Below are positions 7,027-15,909 of a stretch of DNA of 53,697 bases, one piece after another. Within the stretch, counting starts at the first letter, position 1; the number at the start of each line of letters is the position of its first letter. The DNA comes from a virus (Duplodnaviria; Caudoviricetes). The translations under genes and the position numbers were made by a program. Where the stretch lies: the IMG/VR virus record IMGVR_UViG_3300044626_001013, positions 1 through 53,697 of that record; one strand, 5' to 3'. Under the pieces are notes generated by a model. The model was not told the DNA's origin. It was given only the letters and a program-made list of their open reading frames with translations, and ran no database searches.

Positions 7027-8322
7027 CTACTTCAACTCGTCGCCACTCGCGCCGAGACAAGCCCAAAGAGACACGAACGCATAAGCAGCGACCAGCGGGA
7101 CCACTCCGTTGCCGAGGGCGCGAAGTCGGTCCAGCCGAGGGGCAGCCCCATCAGCCACTCGACGAATGTCGGATTCAACCGCGGGCGCGAGGTCGGGCCT
7201 CGCGACGAGGATCCGCCGCCAGGCGATGGTGTCGGCGGGCCCGGGCGGGAACGGTCCCAAATCTGAGTGCAGGTCGTCAGGGCCGTTTGCAGCACCCGGC
7301 CGTCCTCCCGCACCGGCTTCTCGCCCGGAGTCCACGTCGCCCGCAGATCCTCGCCGGCGGTCATCGAACCCTGCGGGGTCGGCCACAACTGCTCCGCCGC
7401 CTCGTCCAGTTGGCCCATCCGCTGTCCTTCCCGGGCCGACCTCTTGTGGTCGTTCGCTCCCGGGGTCGGCCACGTCTGGCTCGCCGCCTGCAAGTCCCCG
7501 CCTCCACTTGCCGTCCGGCCCAACTCCTGCTTCCGTTGCGTCGATTCCCCCCCACCCGTGATCGTCCGCGGCGTCGGCCAGACCTTCACGACATCCTGAA
7601 GCATGATCTGTCGACCCTGCTCCGCACGTATCTTCGGATCGACGCCCGTGCCGCGGTTCCTTCTGTCCGATGCCGCGTTCGGCGTCGGCCAGGTCAGCAG
7701 CCGCTCCGTCGCGTCGGTCAACGTCGTGCCGACGTGGTGCGTCGCCGTCGGGCCGTAGCCCGCCGCGCCCGACGACTTCGCGTCGCCCGCCGTCGCCATC
7801 GGCCACGATGCCGAGGATGAACAGGCGTTCGCGGCGATGCGGCGCGCCGACTTCTGACGCAGAGAACAGTCCTGCCGCAACGCAAAAGCCCATTCCGTGA
7901 AGGTCGTCGCAAACAGCGTCGAAGCCGAGCGATAGGTGCCCTGGCACGTTCTCAAGGAACACGACGCCGGGCTCCACTTCCGCAATGATGCGAGCAATCT
8001 CCGGCCATAGATGCCGCTCATCACGCTCGCCAAGCCTTCGACCGGCTTGGCTGAACGGCTGGCACGGGTAGCCACCAGTGACAAGATCCACCGCACCACG
8101 CCATGCTGTGCCGTCAAAGGTTCGCAGGTCACTCCAGATAGGCGATGCAGGGATGGACGCTTCCGCCATGCGCGAAGCCAAGATCGCGGCGGCAAAGACT
8201 TCCCGCTCAACGTGGCACACGACCCGAGTCGCTCCGCCTGTGGCGAGGTCAAGTCCGAGGTCGAGGCCGCCGTACCCGGCACAGAGAGACAAGATGTTGA
8301 AGGGACCAGCAACCACATTCAT
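7027..8322 (-). CDS. DNA cytosine-5 methyltransferase (catalytic chain)
   Basis: Motifs I (LSLCAGYGG), IV (GGYPCQPFS), VI (ENV), VIII (HRRERLF), X (LGNGVV). Confidence 0.92.
   Translation of the reverse strand: MNVVAGPFNILSLCAGYGGLDLGLDLATGGATRVVCHVEREVFAAAILASRMAEASIPASPIWSDLRTFDGTAWRGAVDLVTGGYPCQPFSQAGRRLGERDERHLWPEIARIIAEVEPGVVFLENVPGHLSLGFDAVCDDLHGMGFCVAAGLFSASEVGAPHRRERLFILGIVADGDGGRREVVGRGGLRPDGDAPRRHDVDRRDGAAADLADAERGIGQKEPRHGRRSEDTCGAGSTDHASGCREGLADAADDHGWGGIDATEAGVGPDGKWRRGLAGGEPDVADPGSERPQEVGPGRTADGPTGRGGGAVVADPAGFDDRRRGSAGDVDSGREAGAGGRPGAANGPDDLHSDLGPFPPGPADTIAWRRILVARPDLAPAVESDIRRVADGAAPRLDRLRALGNGVVPLVAAYAFVSLWACLGASGDELK
7032..8318 (-). CDS. Overlapping-frame methyltransferase companion chain (TRD-like repeats plus motif IX-like end)
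   Basis: 428-aa open frame with four WPTP and one WPMA repeat and RLNPTFVEWLMGLPLGWTD. Confidence 0.65.
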   Translation of the reverse strand: MWLLVPSTSCLSVPGTAASTSDLTSPQAERLGSCATLSGKSLPPRSWLRAWRKRPSLHRLSGVTCEPLTAQHGVVRWILSLVATRASRSAKPVEGLASVMSGIYGRRLLASLRKWSPASCSLRTCQGTYRSASTLFATTFTEWAFALRQDCSLRQKSARRIAANACSSSASWPMATAGDAKSSGAAGYGPTATHHVGTTLTDATERLLTWPTPNAASDRRNRGTGVDPKIRAEQGRQIMLQDVVKVWPTPRTITGGGESTQRKQELGRTASGGGDLQAASQTWPTPGANDHKRSAREGQRMGQLDEAAEQLWPTPQGSMTAGEDLRATWTPGEKPVREDGRVLQTALTTCTQIWDRSRPGPPTPSPGGGSSSRGPTSRPRLNPTFVEWLMGLPLGWTDFAPSATEWSRWSLLMRSCLFGLVSARVATS

Positions 8323-8702
8323 TCGGCACTCCTGTCGCCTGCTTCCGCCAACCGAGCAAACGTCTCGTTGTCAACCACCCGGTGCGTGCGCTTGGCCGCA
8401 CGCTGCCATTCCCGCACGACCGCCGACGCCGCCGCGTTGTCGCTGTGAAACACCATGCGGCGGACGATCAGCAGTTCCGCCGCCATAACCTCGAGCATCC
8501 GGTCCTTGCGCGCGTGATCCATCGCCATGGCGTTGGCAACTTCCCGCAACGTCTGGTTGTCGCTGCTCACCTGAACCAGATGCCGACGGCAGTCGTCCAA
8601 ACACTCGCGCAGGTCCGTCGCGCTCACGCACGCGGTCCCGCGGCACGCCTTGGCGACCTCGTCCATCAGCCGGCAGTACGCCTCAAGGTCATCACTCTCC
8701 AT
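8319..8702 (-). CDS. Hypothetical coiled-coil protein
   Basis: 127 aa, GAGGAGGT RBS, overlaps neighbours. Confidence 0.6.
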   Translation of the reverse strand: MESDDLEAYCRLMDEVAKACRGTACVSATDLRECLDDCRRHLVQVSSDNQTLREVANAMAMDHARKDRMLEVMAAELLIVRRMVFHSDNAAASAVVREWQRAAKRTHRVVDNETFARLAEAGDRSAE

Positions 8703-9210
8703 GCGGCACCTCCTCGCGCCCCGCCGCCCACCACGCCATCAGCACCGCGTCGGCTACGTTGCCCGCCGTCGTCTTGGAGCCGAATAGGGCCTCGTCCACG
8801 CCGACAATCGCCGCCGCCAGCCGCACGCGATTTGTCTTGTGCGGATCCCGCGCCGTGCCAGGCAGCCCCCGCGACCATGCGTCCGCCGCGACGAACCGCA
8901 CCCGCTGCCCGGCCAACGCCATGCCCACCGCGCCGACGGCCATGCCGTACGCCGGCAGCGTCATGGCCGAACGCGTCGCCTTGGGGCCGCCCCTTGCCCG
9001 CTCGAACGGGGTTTCGACGACGATTACCGCTGGCCGCCACTGGGCGGCGAGCGACTGCACGTACTGGCCCAGGGCGATGGCCCGCTCAAGGGCGGTGCCC
9101 CTGGACTGCGTCAGGCACTCGCCCAGCACCAGACGCGCTTCGCCCGGTTCGGCGGCGATCAACGCGATGCCCGCGGCCGTGACGCTTGGATCCACGCCTA
9201 AGACGATCAT
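8692..9210 (-). CDS. ruvC: RuvC-like Holliday junction resolvase
   Basis: MIVLGVDPS...VIVVE...NVADA acidic motifs. Confidence 0.8.
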   Translation of the reverse strand: MIVLGVDPSVTAAGIALIAAEPGEARLVLGECLTQSRGTALERAIALGQYVQSLAAQWRPAVIVVETPFERARGGPKATRSAMTLPAYGMAVGAVGMALAGQRVRFVAADAWSRGLPGTARDPHKTNRVRLAAAIVGVDEALFGSKTTAGNVADAVLMAWWAAGREEVPHGE

Positions 9211-9491
9211 GCCGTTCCTCCCTGAGCCCGCAGGCCCGCCTTGACCTTGCGCACCAGTTGCCTTTCCTCCGCGGTCGGCACGTGCTTCCTAGCCCTTACT
9301 TGCTTCTCCAGCATGTCGAGCGCGCCGCTGGCATCCCGCATGCCGCGACGCAGTTCGCTGATCCGGAACAAAATCCAGTGGTCCCGGCTTTCCGCCGTCA
9401 GCACCGCCGACACCTGCAAGGCCGATTGCACGACAGTGGCGCACGCCACGACCGCCTTGCTCGCGACGGGGTTCTCCCACACGTTGGTCAT
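9207..9491 (-). CDS. Hypothetical protein
   Basis: 94 aa from MTNVWEN; ATGA-coupled at both ends. Confidence 0.6.
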   Translation of the reverse strand: MTNVWENPVASKAVVACATVVQSALQVSAVLTAESRDHWILFRISELRRGMRDASGALDMLEKQVRARKHVPTAEERQLVRKVKAGLRAQGGTA

Positions 9492-10048
9492 GCCTTGCAC
9501 TCCGTGGTGACGCGACGGTGCGAGGGCCCGGCCATCTCGACCAGCCCGCCCGTCTCCATCATCCGGTCGACGATGGAGGCACCCAGCGCCTTGACCATCG
9601 CCTCGGGCCGAAGGTTCGCGATCAGCAGCGTGGGCTGCATTTCGCCGTACCGCTTGTCTAGCAGGCGGACCAGTTGCTTGTCCTCCCACGCCGTGCCGAA
9701 CGCTTCTTGCAGTTCGTCGATCACCAGCAGCCACACCCGGCTCAGTTGCGCCAGCATGATGCCAGCCTTGGACTCGTCCATCTCCGCCCGCATGCGGGCA
9801 AACATGTCGGCGGCGCGGATGTATTTGGCTTCGCGGGCATGCGTGAACAACGAATGACGCACGGCGTGCGCGGCCAGCAGCGTCTTGCCCGTGCCCCGGG
9901 GGCCGACCAGCGCGACCAAGCCGTGCCGCTCGAACAGTCCTTCCTTTACCTTGGCGACGACTTCCGGGTCGAACTGCGCCTCAACCGCTTGGCGGTGACG
10001 CAAGGGAACGCCCGATGCGGAAAAGCCGTCACGCGGATCCTGTTTCAC
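9488..10048 (-). CDS. DnaC/IstB-like AAA+ ATPase (helicase loader)
   Basis: Walker A GPRGTGKT, Walker B LLVIDE, RY..PTLLIANL, IVDRM; follows the initiator. Confidence 0.88.
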   Translation of the reverse strand: MKQDPRDGFSASGVPLRHRQAVEAQFDPEVVAKVKEGLFERHGLVALVGPRGTGKTLLAAHAVRHSLFTHAREAKYIRAADMFARMRAEMDESKAGIMLAQLSRVWLLVIDELQEAFGTAWEDKQLVRLLDKRYGEMQPTLLIANLRPEAMVKALGASIVDRMMETGGLVEMAGPSHRRVTTECKA

Positions 10049-10986
10049 TGTTGTCCCCCCTTCCGCCCCATGAGCGCGGCCACGGTTTCGGAGGCGTCCG
10101 GCTCGGTGTATTCGGCCTCGATTTTGAGGGTCCGGTGAGCCCCTTCCGGACGGGTCGCCGGACGGGCTCCGGAACGGGTCGCGGACCGGTCTGGGAAGCA
10201 CCCTTGCCACCCGTTCGCGACCGAGTCGAGCATCGCCTGAGCCGCCGCGTCGGGCCCCGCGGCGACCAGTTTGCGGATCAACGCAGAGGCCGCCAGACGC
10301 GTTATGGGCTTCCCCATGGTCCGGCGGTGGGCGTGGTACCCCTCGGCGGCCTCCTGAACGGTCGTAGGCAGGCCAGCGGCCAAGAGCATTTCGATCCAGA
10401 CCGCCACCGAGAGCGATTCCGGCTTCTTGCGGCCCCCGCCCCCCCCCGGGGGGGTTGGGGGGGTTTCTGGGCTTTTGGCGTCTGGCTTCTGGCTTCTGGG
10501 GGGCGGCAAAATCTCGGCAGGTGCCGGGTGTTTTGCCGCGGCAAAATCATCGGTTTGCCGCGGCAAATGCCCCGGCAAGTGCTGCGGCAAATGCCCCGGC
10601 AAGTGCCGCGGCAAACTCCCCGGCAAACCGTTGGTCACGGCCGCGCCGCGACGACCCGCTTCGGCCCTCACCTGCGACACCGCGCGGTCCCTGACGGTCC
10701 GCGGGCAGTACAGCGCCCCGTCGTCCCGACGCTGCGCCACGCCCGCCTCCAGCAACTCCTGCAACGCCTTGACCACGACCGGTTGCGGCCCGTTGACCCG
10801 TCTCGCGACGTCCTCAAGGCTCCACGCCTTCCCGTTGCTGGCCAGCACGCCGGGCTCGTCGCACGACCAGGCCACGCAGATCACCTCGATCCAGACGCCA
10901 CGCGCGACCAGCGACACCGCCCGCAGTTTGGCGGAGCCGAGCCAGTCGGAGGGGAAGAACTTGATGAAGGGGAGTGACGTTGCCAC
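10045..10986 (-). CDS. Phage replication initiator protein
   Basis: N-terminal PFIKFFPSDWL, central iteron-encoded linker, PPTPP, C-terminal NGWQG; next to the DnaC-like gene. Confidence 0.8.
   Translation of the reverse strand: MATSLPFIKFFPSDWLGSAKLRAVSLVARGVWIEVICVAWSCDEPGVLASNGKAWSLEDVARRVNGPQPVVVKALQELLEAGVAQRRDDGALYCPRTVRDRAVSQVRAEAGRRGAAVTNGLPGSLPRHLPGHLPQHLPGHLPRQTDDFAAAKHPAPAEILPPPRSQKPDAKSPETPPTPPGGGGGRKKPESLSVAVWIEMLLAAGLPTTVQEAAEGYHAHRRTMGKPITRLAASALIRKLVAAGPDAAAQAMLDSVANGWQGCFPDRSATRSGARPATRPEGAHRTLKIEAEYTEPDASETVAALMGRKGGQQ
10531..10627. repeat. Iteron-like repeats, probable replication origin
   Basis: Six tandem 12-mers (consensus TGCCSCGGCAAR) at 10556-10627 plus perfect palindrome TTTTGCCGCGGCAAAA at 10531-10546. 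Confidence 0.8.
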
Positions 10987-11060
10987 AAAGTCGTCCGTGA
11001 CGTGACGAGTCAGGAAGCCAGACGCCGCCTACACCGGCGACGCCTAGCGCGAGTGCGAAA

Positions 11061-11138
11061 GTGACTTGGCAGGACTCGAACCTGCTACTTCGCCGCGGCG
11101 GACAGTCGAAACCGCGCGAAGCCCACCATGCAAGCCAC
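11061..11138 (-). ncRNA. tRNA-like element without a D-stem
   Basis: GTGGCTTG/CAAGTCAC acceptor-like stem; T-arm GCAGG-TTCGAGT-CCTGC; long central hairpin. Confidence 0.55.
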
Positions 11139-11227
11139 TGGGGTGATGCCGCGGGTGATCGAGGCCCGCAACCCCGAAAACCCGGCAAGACACGCTGCCT
11201 TGCCGGGCGAGAGGGGAGGAGAGAGAA

Positions 11228-11289
11228 ACCGACGTGCCGGAGTCGCACCGGCCGCGGGGGTGTAAGCCCTGCGTGCGCTCGCCGTCGGT
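11228..11289 (-). ncRNA. Degenerate tRNA-Val(TAC)-like element
   Basis: ACCGACG/CGTCGGT stem, GGG-CTTACAC-CCC anticodon-like arm, GCCGG-TGCGACT-CCGGC T-like arm; no D-stem or CCA. Confidence 0.45.
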
Positions 11290-11294
11290 CCGAG

Positions 11295-12239
11295 TCAGAA
11301 CGGAGGCGTGTCGCTGCCGACCGGCTGGTCGAGGAACGAGAGATCCTCCGCCACCACCGCAGGGCTCTTGCCCCGTGCCCCGACTCGCGGGGGCTTGGGA
11401 GCCTCCACCTGCTTCGGAGGCTCCACCACCATCGCCGGAATCACCGGCTGCACCTTGAGCGCGTCGATCCTGGCGTTCGCGTCGTTGGCTTCAGGGAAGC
11501 ACGTCTCGATGTTGGCCTCCCCGTCCTTGATCGCCTGCGCGTAGCCCTTGAGGACGGCCAGATGGTCCAAGGTGATGTCCACCTCGCCCGCCACGCCGAT
11601 GGACGCAAACACCCGGGCGGGCAGCACGCCCATCTGCTGGAAGTGCTTGAGCATCGCGCTCCGCCGGGCGGCCAGCGTCTGCGCGTCGCCCACCGCCACC
11701 TTGCGGGCCTGCTCCAACACGGGAATGACGAACGCCCGCGGGATCACCGAGAAGATGGCGTTGCGGCGGGCCTTGCTCATCGCCGCCGCCGCCGTCACGC
11801 CGATCATGTCCTCGTTGAACCGCTTGCCCTGCTTGTTGGTGATGCGGGCCCTCACCTCCACCGCCTGGCCGTTGTTGCGTTCAAGGTCGATGCACATGGC
11901 CCGGACCGTGATGGCGTCCGGCCCGATGTCGACCAAGCGACAGTCGACCCGAATGTTGCCCCACGACGCGGCGACGATCTCCGCGAAGCGGGCCGTCGGC
12001 CCCTCGATGGTCTTGCCGTCCCGCGGGATGGCGTAGATGCACGCCGCCGCCACGCTCTCCGACAGCGACACCGCCGCCATCGCCTCCTGCTGGAACTTGG
12101 TCATGCTCCTCGGGTAACGCTTCGCGGTCTGAATCTGCATGTCGATCTCGGCGCGGCTCAACGCCTCCACCGCCGACGGGGTCGCCAACTCCCCCGCCGT
12201 TTCCTGATCCTGCTCGATGACGCTCAATCCGTTTTCCAT
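11295..12239 (-). CDS. Putative ssDNA-annealing recombinase
   Basis: EIDMQIQTAKRYPRS...IEGPTARFAE..WGN motif set; lies in the RecE-like module. Confidence 0.6.
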   Translation of the reverse strand: MENGLSVIEQDQETAGELATPSAVEALSRAEIDMQIQTAKRYPRSMTKFQQEAMAAVSLSESVAAACIYAIPRDGKTIEGPTARFAEIVAASWGNIRVDCRLVDIGPDAITVRAMCIDLERNNGQAVEVRARITNKQGKRFNEDMIGVTAAAAMSKARRNAIFSVIPRAFVIPVLEQARKVAVGDAQTLAARRSAMLKHFQQMGVLPARVFASIGVAGEVDITLDHLAVLKGYAQAIKDGEANIETCFPEANDANARIDALKVQPVIPAMVVEPPKQVEAPKPPRVGARGKSPAVVAEDLSFLDQPVGSDTPPF

Positions 12240-12251
12240 GCTGCCTCCTTG

Positions 12252-13517
12252 TTACTCGCACACGATTTCCACGCCCTCGGCCGCGGACCGGTCGCTTACG
12301 ACCCGCTCCATGACCGCCACGCCGCCGTACTCGTTCAGAGCCTCGACCAACGCCGCCTTGCTGGCGGCGTCCAACGACTCCCCACGCTCGATGAACACCA
12401 GCCGCATCTGCGGCTTGGCCGCCAGCACCGCCGCCACGCCCAGCCGGATCCGCTGGGCCGTCGACGCCTGCGCCAGCGGGATCCCGTTGAGCCGCACGCC
12501 GTCGTCCGTGATCTCGACGCCCTCGATGGGCAGCCGGGCGGAGCGCATCAACGCGCGCCGCTCGGTGTCGATGTCCTCAATGGCACGCTCCAGCCCATCC
12601 GTTTCGGCCACGGCCGCACGGACCGCTTCCGCCGCGTCGTGGTGAGCCCTGCGTCGCCGGGCGGCTTGGTTCAGCCGCTCCAGATCCCGCAGGTGCTGGT
12701 GCAGGGGCTCGACGTCGACGGGCTCAATGGTCGCCAGCCGTGCCTTGCCCATTTCCAGTTCCGCCGCCAACGCCGCCCGCTGCGTCTCCACCTCGCGGAT
12801 CCGGGCCCGCAGGGCCTCGACCTCGGCGTCAGCCTGCGAAATCTTGGCCTCCGTCGCCGCCACCCACTGGTGGCCCTTGGCGACCAGCCCGTTGCGATGC
12901 TCGGCGTCGCGGATCCTTTCAATGAGTTCGCTCGCCGACTGCTCCTCGTCGGGCCCGTCCACCAGCGGGGTGGCGGCCAGCAGCGCCTTGGCCCGCGTGA
13001 CCTGCCGGTTCGCGGCGGTTCGCTGGTCGTACGCGTCGGCCCGCCGGCGGGCCAGCGTGTCCAGCGTGTCCGCCATGCCCGCCACCTTGGCCAGCGCGGT
13101 CGCCTGCTCGCGTTCAGGCAGTTCCGCAAACGCCAGCGGATCGGCGGCCATGTCCGACAGCCACGCCGCCATCAGTTCGGCGGGCTTGCTGACCTTGTTT
13201 CCGGTCGCGTCGTGCAGCGTCATCGAGGCGGTGCCCGCCTTCGTGACCTTCCGCTCGATGCGGTACCGGTCGGTCTGGATGATCACCGTCGCGGCGTCGG
13301 CACCGCGACGCACCGGCATCTCCGGCAGGGCTCGCCCGCCGGTGAGGCCCCACGTGAGCGCGTGAATGATGCTGCTCTTGCCGGATCCGTTCGCCCCGCG
13401 GAGTTCCACCAGCGGCCCCGTCACGTCACCTGCGGCGAACCGAATCCCTTGAAACTGGCTGATCTCGAACGCCAGCAACCTGATCGTGCCGGTTGCGGCC
13501 TCAGTCGTCATCGTCAT
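12252..13517 (-). CDS. SMC/Rad50-like coiled-coil ATPase
   Basis: GANGSGKSS, long coiled coil, ASTAQR signature-like, VFIERGESLD Walker B-like. Confidence 0.8.
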   Translation of the reverse strand: MTMTTEAATGTIRLLAFEISQFQGIRFAAGDVTGPLVELRGANGSGKSSIIHALTWGLTGGRALPEMPVRRGADAATVIIQTDRYRIERKVTKAGTASMTLHDATGNKVSKPAELMAAWLSDMAADPLAFAELPEREQATALAKVAGMADTLDTLARRRADAYDQRTAANRQVTRAKALLAATPLVDGPDEEQSASELIERIRDAEHRNGLVAKGHQWVAATEAKISQADAEVEALRARIREVETQRAALAAELEMGKARLATIEPVDVEPLHQHLRDLERLNQAARRRRAHHDAAEAVRAAVAETDGLERAIEDIDTERRALMRSARLPIEGVEITDDGVRLNGIPLAQASTAQRIRLGVAAVLAAKPQMRLVFIERGESLDAASKAALVEALNEYGGVAVMERVVSDRSAAEGVEIVCE

Positions 13518-13530
13518 GTTGCACCCCCGT

Positions 13531-14415
13531 TCAGAACTTGGAGACGGCGTCGTCGTCGCAGTACCGCGCGATGTACCACGCGGGCGCGGCCAACGTGTCG
13601 ATGTGGTCCGACAGCCCCGGCCACTGGTTGGCCTTGAAGCACTGGGCAAGCCGCTCGACCCACTCGGCCACGCGCTGCGCGCCGATGCTCAGGAAGGTCT
13701 TGTTGAGTTCGTACCCGGCGACGGCGTGCGGGGGCTCGTTCTCGACGACCCCAAACACGAACGTCAGATCATCGCCCAGGCCGCACGCCTTCGCGCCGCG
13801 AAGGTACCACGCGGCTTGCGTGTCGTACCCCCAGTCGACGACGCTTCCGGCAAACGCGCGTTGCGACGCGTCCGCGGTAGACTTCAGGTCGCCAATGGTG
13901 GCCGCGGCCGGGCAAAACATGTCCACCTTGCCCTTGGCGAGAAACCCGTTCTCCTGCCACACCAAGACCAGTTCCGTCTCGCTGGCCGCGTTGATCAGCA
14001 GGCTCAGACGCTCGTGCGCCATGACCCGCTGGACCATCACGCGGGCCTGCTCCATCTCCTCGTCGGAGACGATCAGGTGCCCGGGGTGCGTGGCCGCGTA
14101 ATCCCGCCACGCGTTGGTGTCCATGCCGTAGGCCCGGCCGGTCTTGGGGTTGAGCGGCGCGGGGATGGTGGCCTGCTGCACCCGCTCGGGCGTGAACAGC
14201 ATCATGTGGACCAGCGAGCCCAGCCGCTTGCTGTCGCTGTCCTTGCCGCCGCCGTGCTTGAACTGGTAGGCGAAGTGGGCCGGGCTGCGCTCCAGCACGC
14301 GGAGCGTGCTGTGGTTGACGGCCACGGCCGAAAAGTACGCTTCGTCGGGGATGTGGCGATAAACGCCGGGCTCCGGATTCGCCGGGTCGAAGTGCGCCGC
14401 CTCTTTGATAATCAC
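13531..14415 (-). CDS. RecE/exonuclease VIII-like PD-(D/E)XK nuclease
   Basis: GSLVH, KGKVD...IGDLKST, YDTQAAWY, VENEPPH. Confidence 0.88.
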   Translation of the reverse strand: MIIKEAAHFDPANPEPGVYRHIPDEAYFSAVAVNHSTLRVLERSPAHFAYQFKHGGGKDSDSKRLGSLVHMMLFTPERVQQATIPAPLNPKTGRAYGMDTNAWRDYAATHPGHLIVSDEEMEQARVMVQRVMAHERLSLLINAASETELVLVWQENGFLAKGKVDMFCPAAATIGDLKSTADASQRAFAGSVVDWGYDTQAAWYLRGAKACGLGDDLTFVFGVVENEPPHAVAGYELNKTFLSIGAQRVAEWVERLAQCFKANQWPGLSDHIDTLAAPAWYIARYCDDDAVSKF

Positions 14416-14418
14416 CTG

Positions 14419-15846
14419 TCAGACTCCGTCTAGGAGTCTGGCAACGGCTCGAAGGAGGTCGGCAATCGCCGCCGTCCTTGAATCCACGTCATGTTGAGTT
14501 CGACAATGCCGATTGTCGTCCCCAACCTGCGCTGGACTCAACCGCCCGAGCCGCTCGCCAAACTCGGCCAATAACGCCTCAGCACCGGACCGCGGCCGTG
14601 CAGGATTTTCACGTAGCGACACATGAGGGCCCACTGGGGGGCCGCAGTCCGGTGTAGAGGCGTTGTTTCGGGGGTGGCCTGCATGTGTCGCGCTACTAGT
14701 ATCGGACGCACCCCCCGGGCCGGTCAAGTCCATTTTCTGTGATCCACCGCCATTTTCTTCAGGCCAAAGGTCCGGCAGTTTCAACAAGGCGGCGTGCAAG
14801 GTCGCCACCTCCAGTTCCAAGTATCGGTCCCGCAGGTCGTTGGCATGCCTAATCAAGAGGTCGATGATGTCGGTCTGCACCCCGGCTCGCGTCAGGGCGG
14901 TGCGGCACCATTTTCGTGCCGAGTGCGGGCTGAACGCCCGCCCAGTGTCGTCAACCTCGGCCACGCCCGCCCTTGCCCGGTCCTTTCGCCACGCGCCTCG
15001 TGTCGGCACGATTGGAAACACGGGGTCGGTGGCCGCATGCGGCACCGTCTCGCGATGCTCCTTCAGCAGCCGTGCCGCCGTAGGGTTCAGCGGCAGGACG
15101 CAATGCCGTGCGCCCTTGTGCATGTCGTCCGCCCATCGCACCACGGGAATCGCCGCGTCTAGGCTTAGGTCGCCCCACCGCCACCCACGCGGCAGCGGGT
15201 TGCTCTCCGCGCCACCCAACTCGCTGAAGCGAAGGCCGTGCATGAACATCAGGTACCAATAGAGAGCGCGGTTGCCCGTGCTTCGCTTGTCGCGCTTCTG
15301 GGTCGCCAACGTCACGCGGATGAACACTCGAGCATCTTCCGTGCTGGGCACGCGTGCGCCGGGTTGATCGTCGGCCCCTGACCCGTGCGCCAAGATGAGC
15401 GGATCCTTTTCAATCACGTTGGCCGCGGCCGCCCACCGCGTGAACGAGCGGAACGCCGCCAACGCCGCGTCGCCCGTGTTCAGGCGCCAACGCTTGCTGT
15501 TGACGCGTGCCGCGATCCAGCCGGTCACCGCTTGGAAGGTGACGTCGGCCGGCGTTCGCCACTCCAACTCGTTTGCGGCCTTTGCGATGTTCTCGCGGAA
15601 CTGCCGAATGGACTGCGGTCGCCGCCCGCGGCCAGCCAAGTAATCCGCCCATTGCGCAAGGGCTGTTTCCAGCGGCGATTCCGCTCCGCCCAAACGCGCA
15701 ACTACGCCCGTGTCATTTTCGTGTTTGCTTGCAATCCGCCCCATGCCCGTAGGGTATACCACCCGTGTAGGGGTAAAATGCAAACACGGCACAATCTCGA
15801 TTGAACCTCGCCAGCCTGGCGGCACGCCGAAATAAATCATTCCCAT
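14419..15846 (-). CDS. Tyrosine recombinase/integrase
   Basis: GLRFSE (R), HKG (K), HSAR (HxxR), LIRH, RY; start codon uncertain. Confidence 0.85.
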   Translation of the reverse strand: MGMIYFGVPPGWRGSIEIVPCLHFTPTRVVYPTGMGRIASKHENDTGVVARLGGAESPLETALAQWADYLAGRGRRPQSIRQFRENIAKAANELEWRTPADVTFQAVTGWIAARVNSKRWRLNTGDAALAAFRSFTRWAAAANVIEKDPLILAHGSGADDQPGARVPSTEDARVFIRVTLATQKRDKRSTGNRALYWYLMFMHGLRFSELGGAESNPLPRGWRWGDLSLDAAIPVVRWADDMHKGARHCVLPLNPTAARLLKEHRETVPHAATDPVFPIVPTRGAWRKDRARAGVAEVDDTGRAFSPHSARKWCRTALTRAGVQTDIIDLLIRHANDLRDRYLELEVATLHAALLKLPDLWPEENGGGSQKMDLTGPGGASDTSSATHAGHPRNNASTPDCGPPVGPHVSLRENPARPRSGAEALLAEFGERLGRLSPAQVGDDNRHCRTQHDVDSRTAAIADLLRAVARLLDGV

Positions 15847-15909
15847 AGCGATGAGTACTTTCGGCCACGGCCAAATAGGACTTCAGGTGCATCTATCGCG
15901 TTATCGGCC

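Noticed and set aside
11061-11289. Functional canonical tRNA genes
   Set aside because: D-stems and CCA are missing, so they are reported only as tRNA-like.
11061-13637. 858-aa plus-strand ORF and many other long plus-strand ORFs
   Set aside because: Antisense shadows of high-GC3 minus-strand genes; R/H/G-rich with no motifs.
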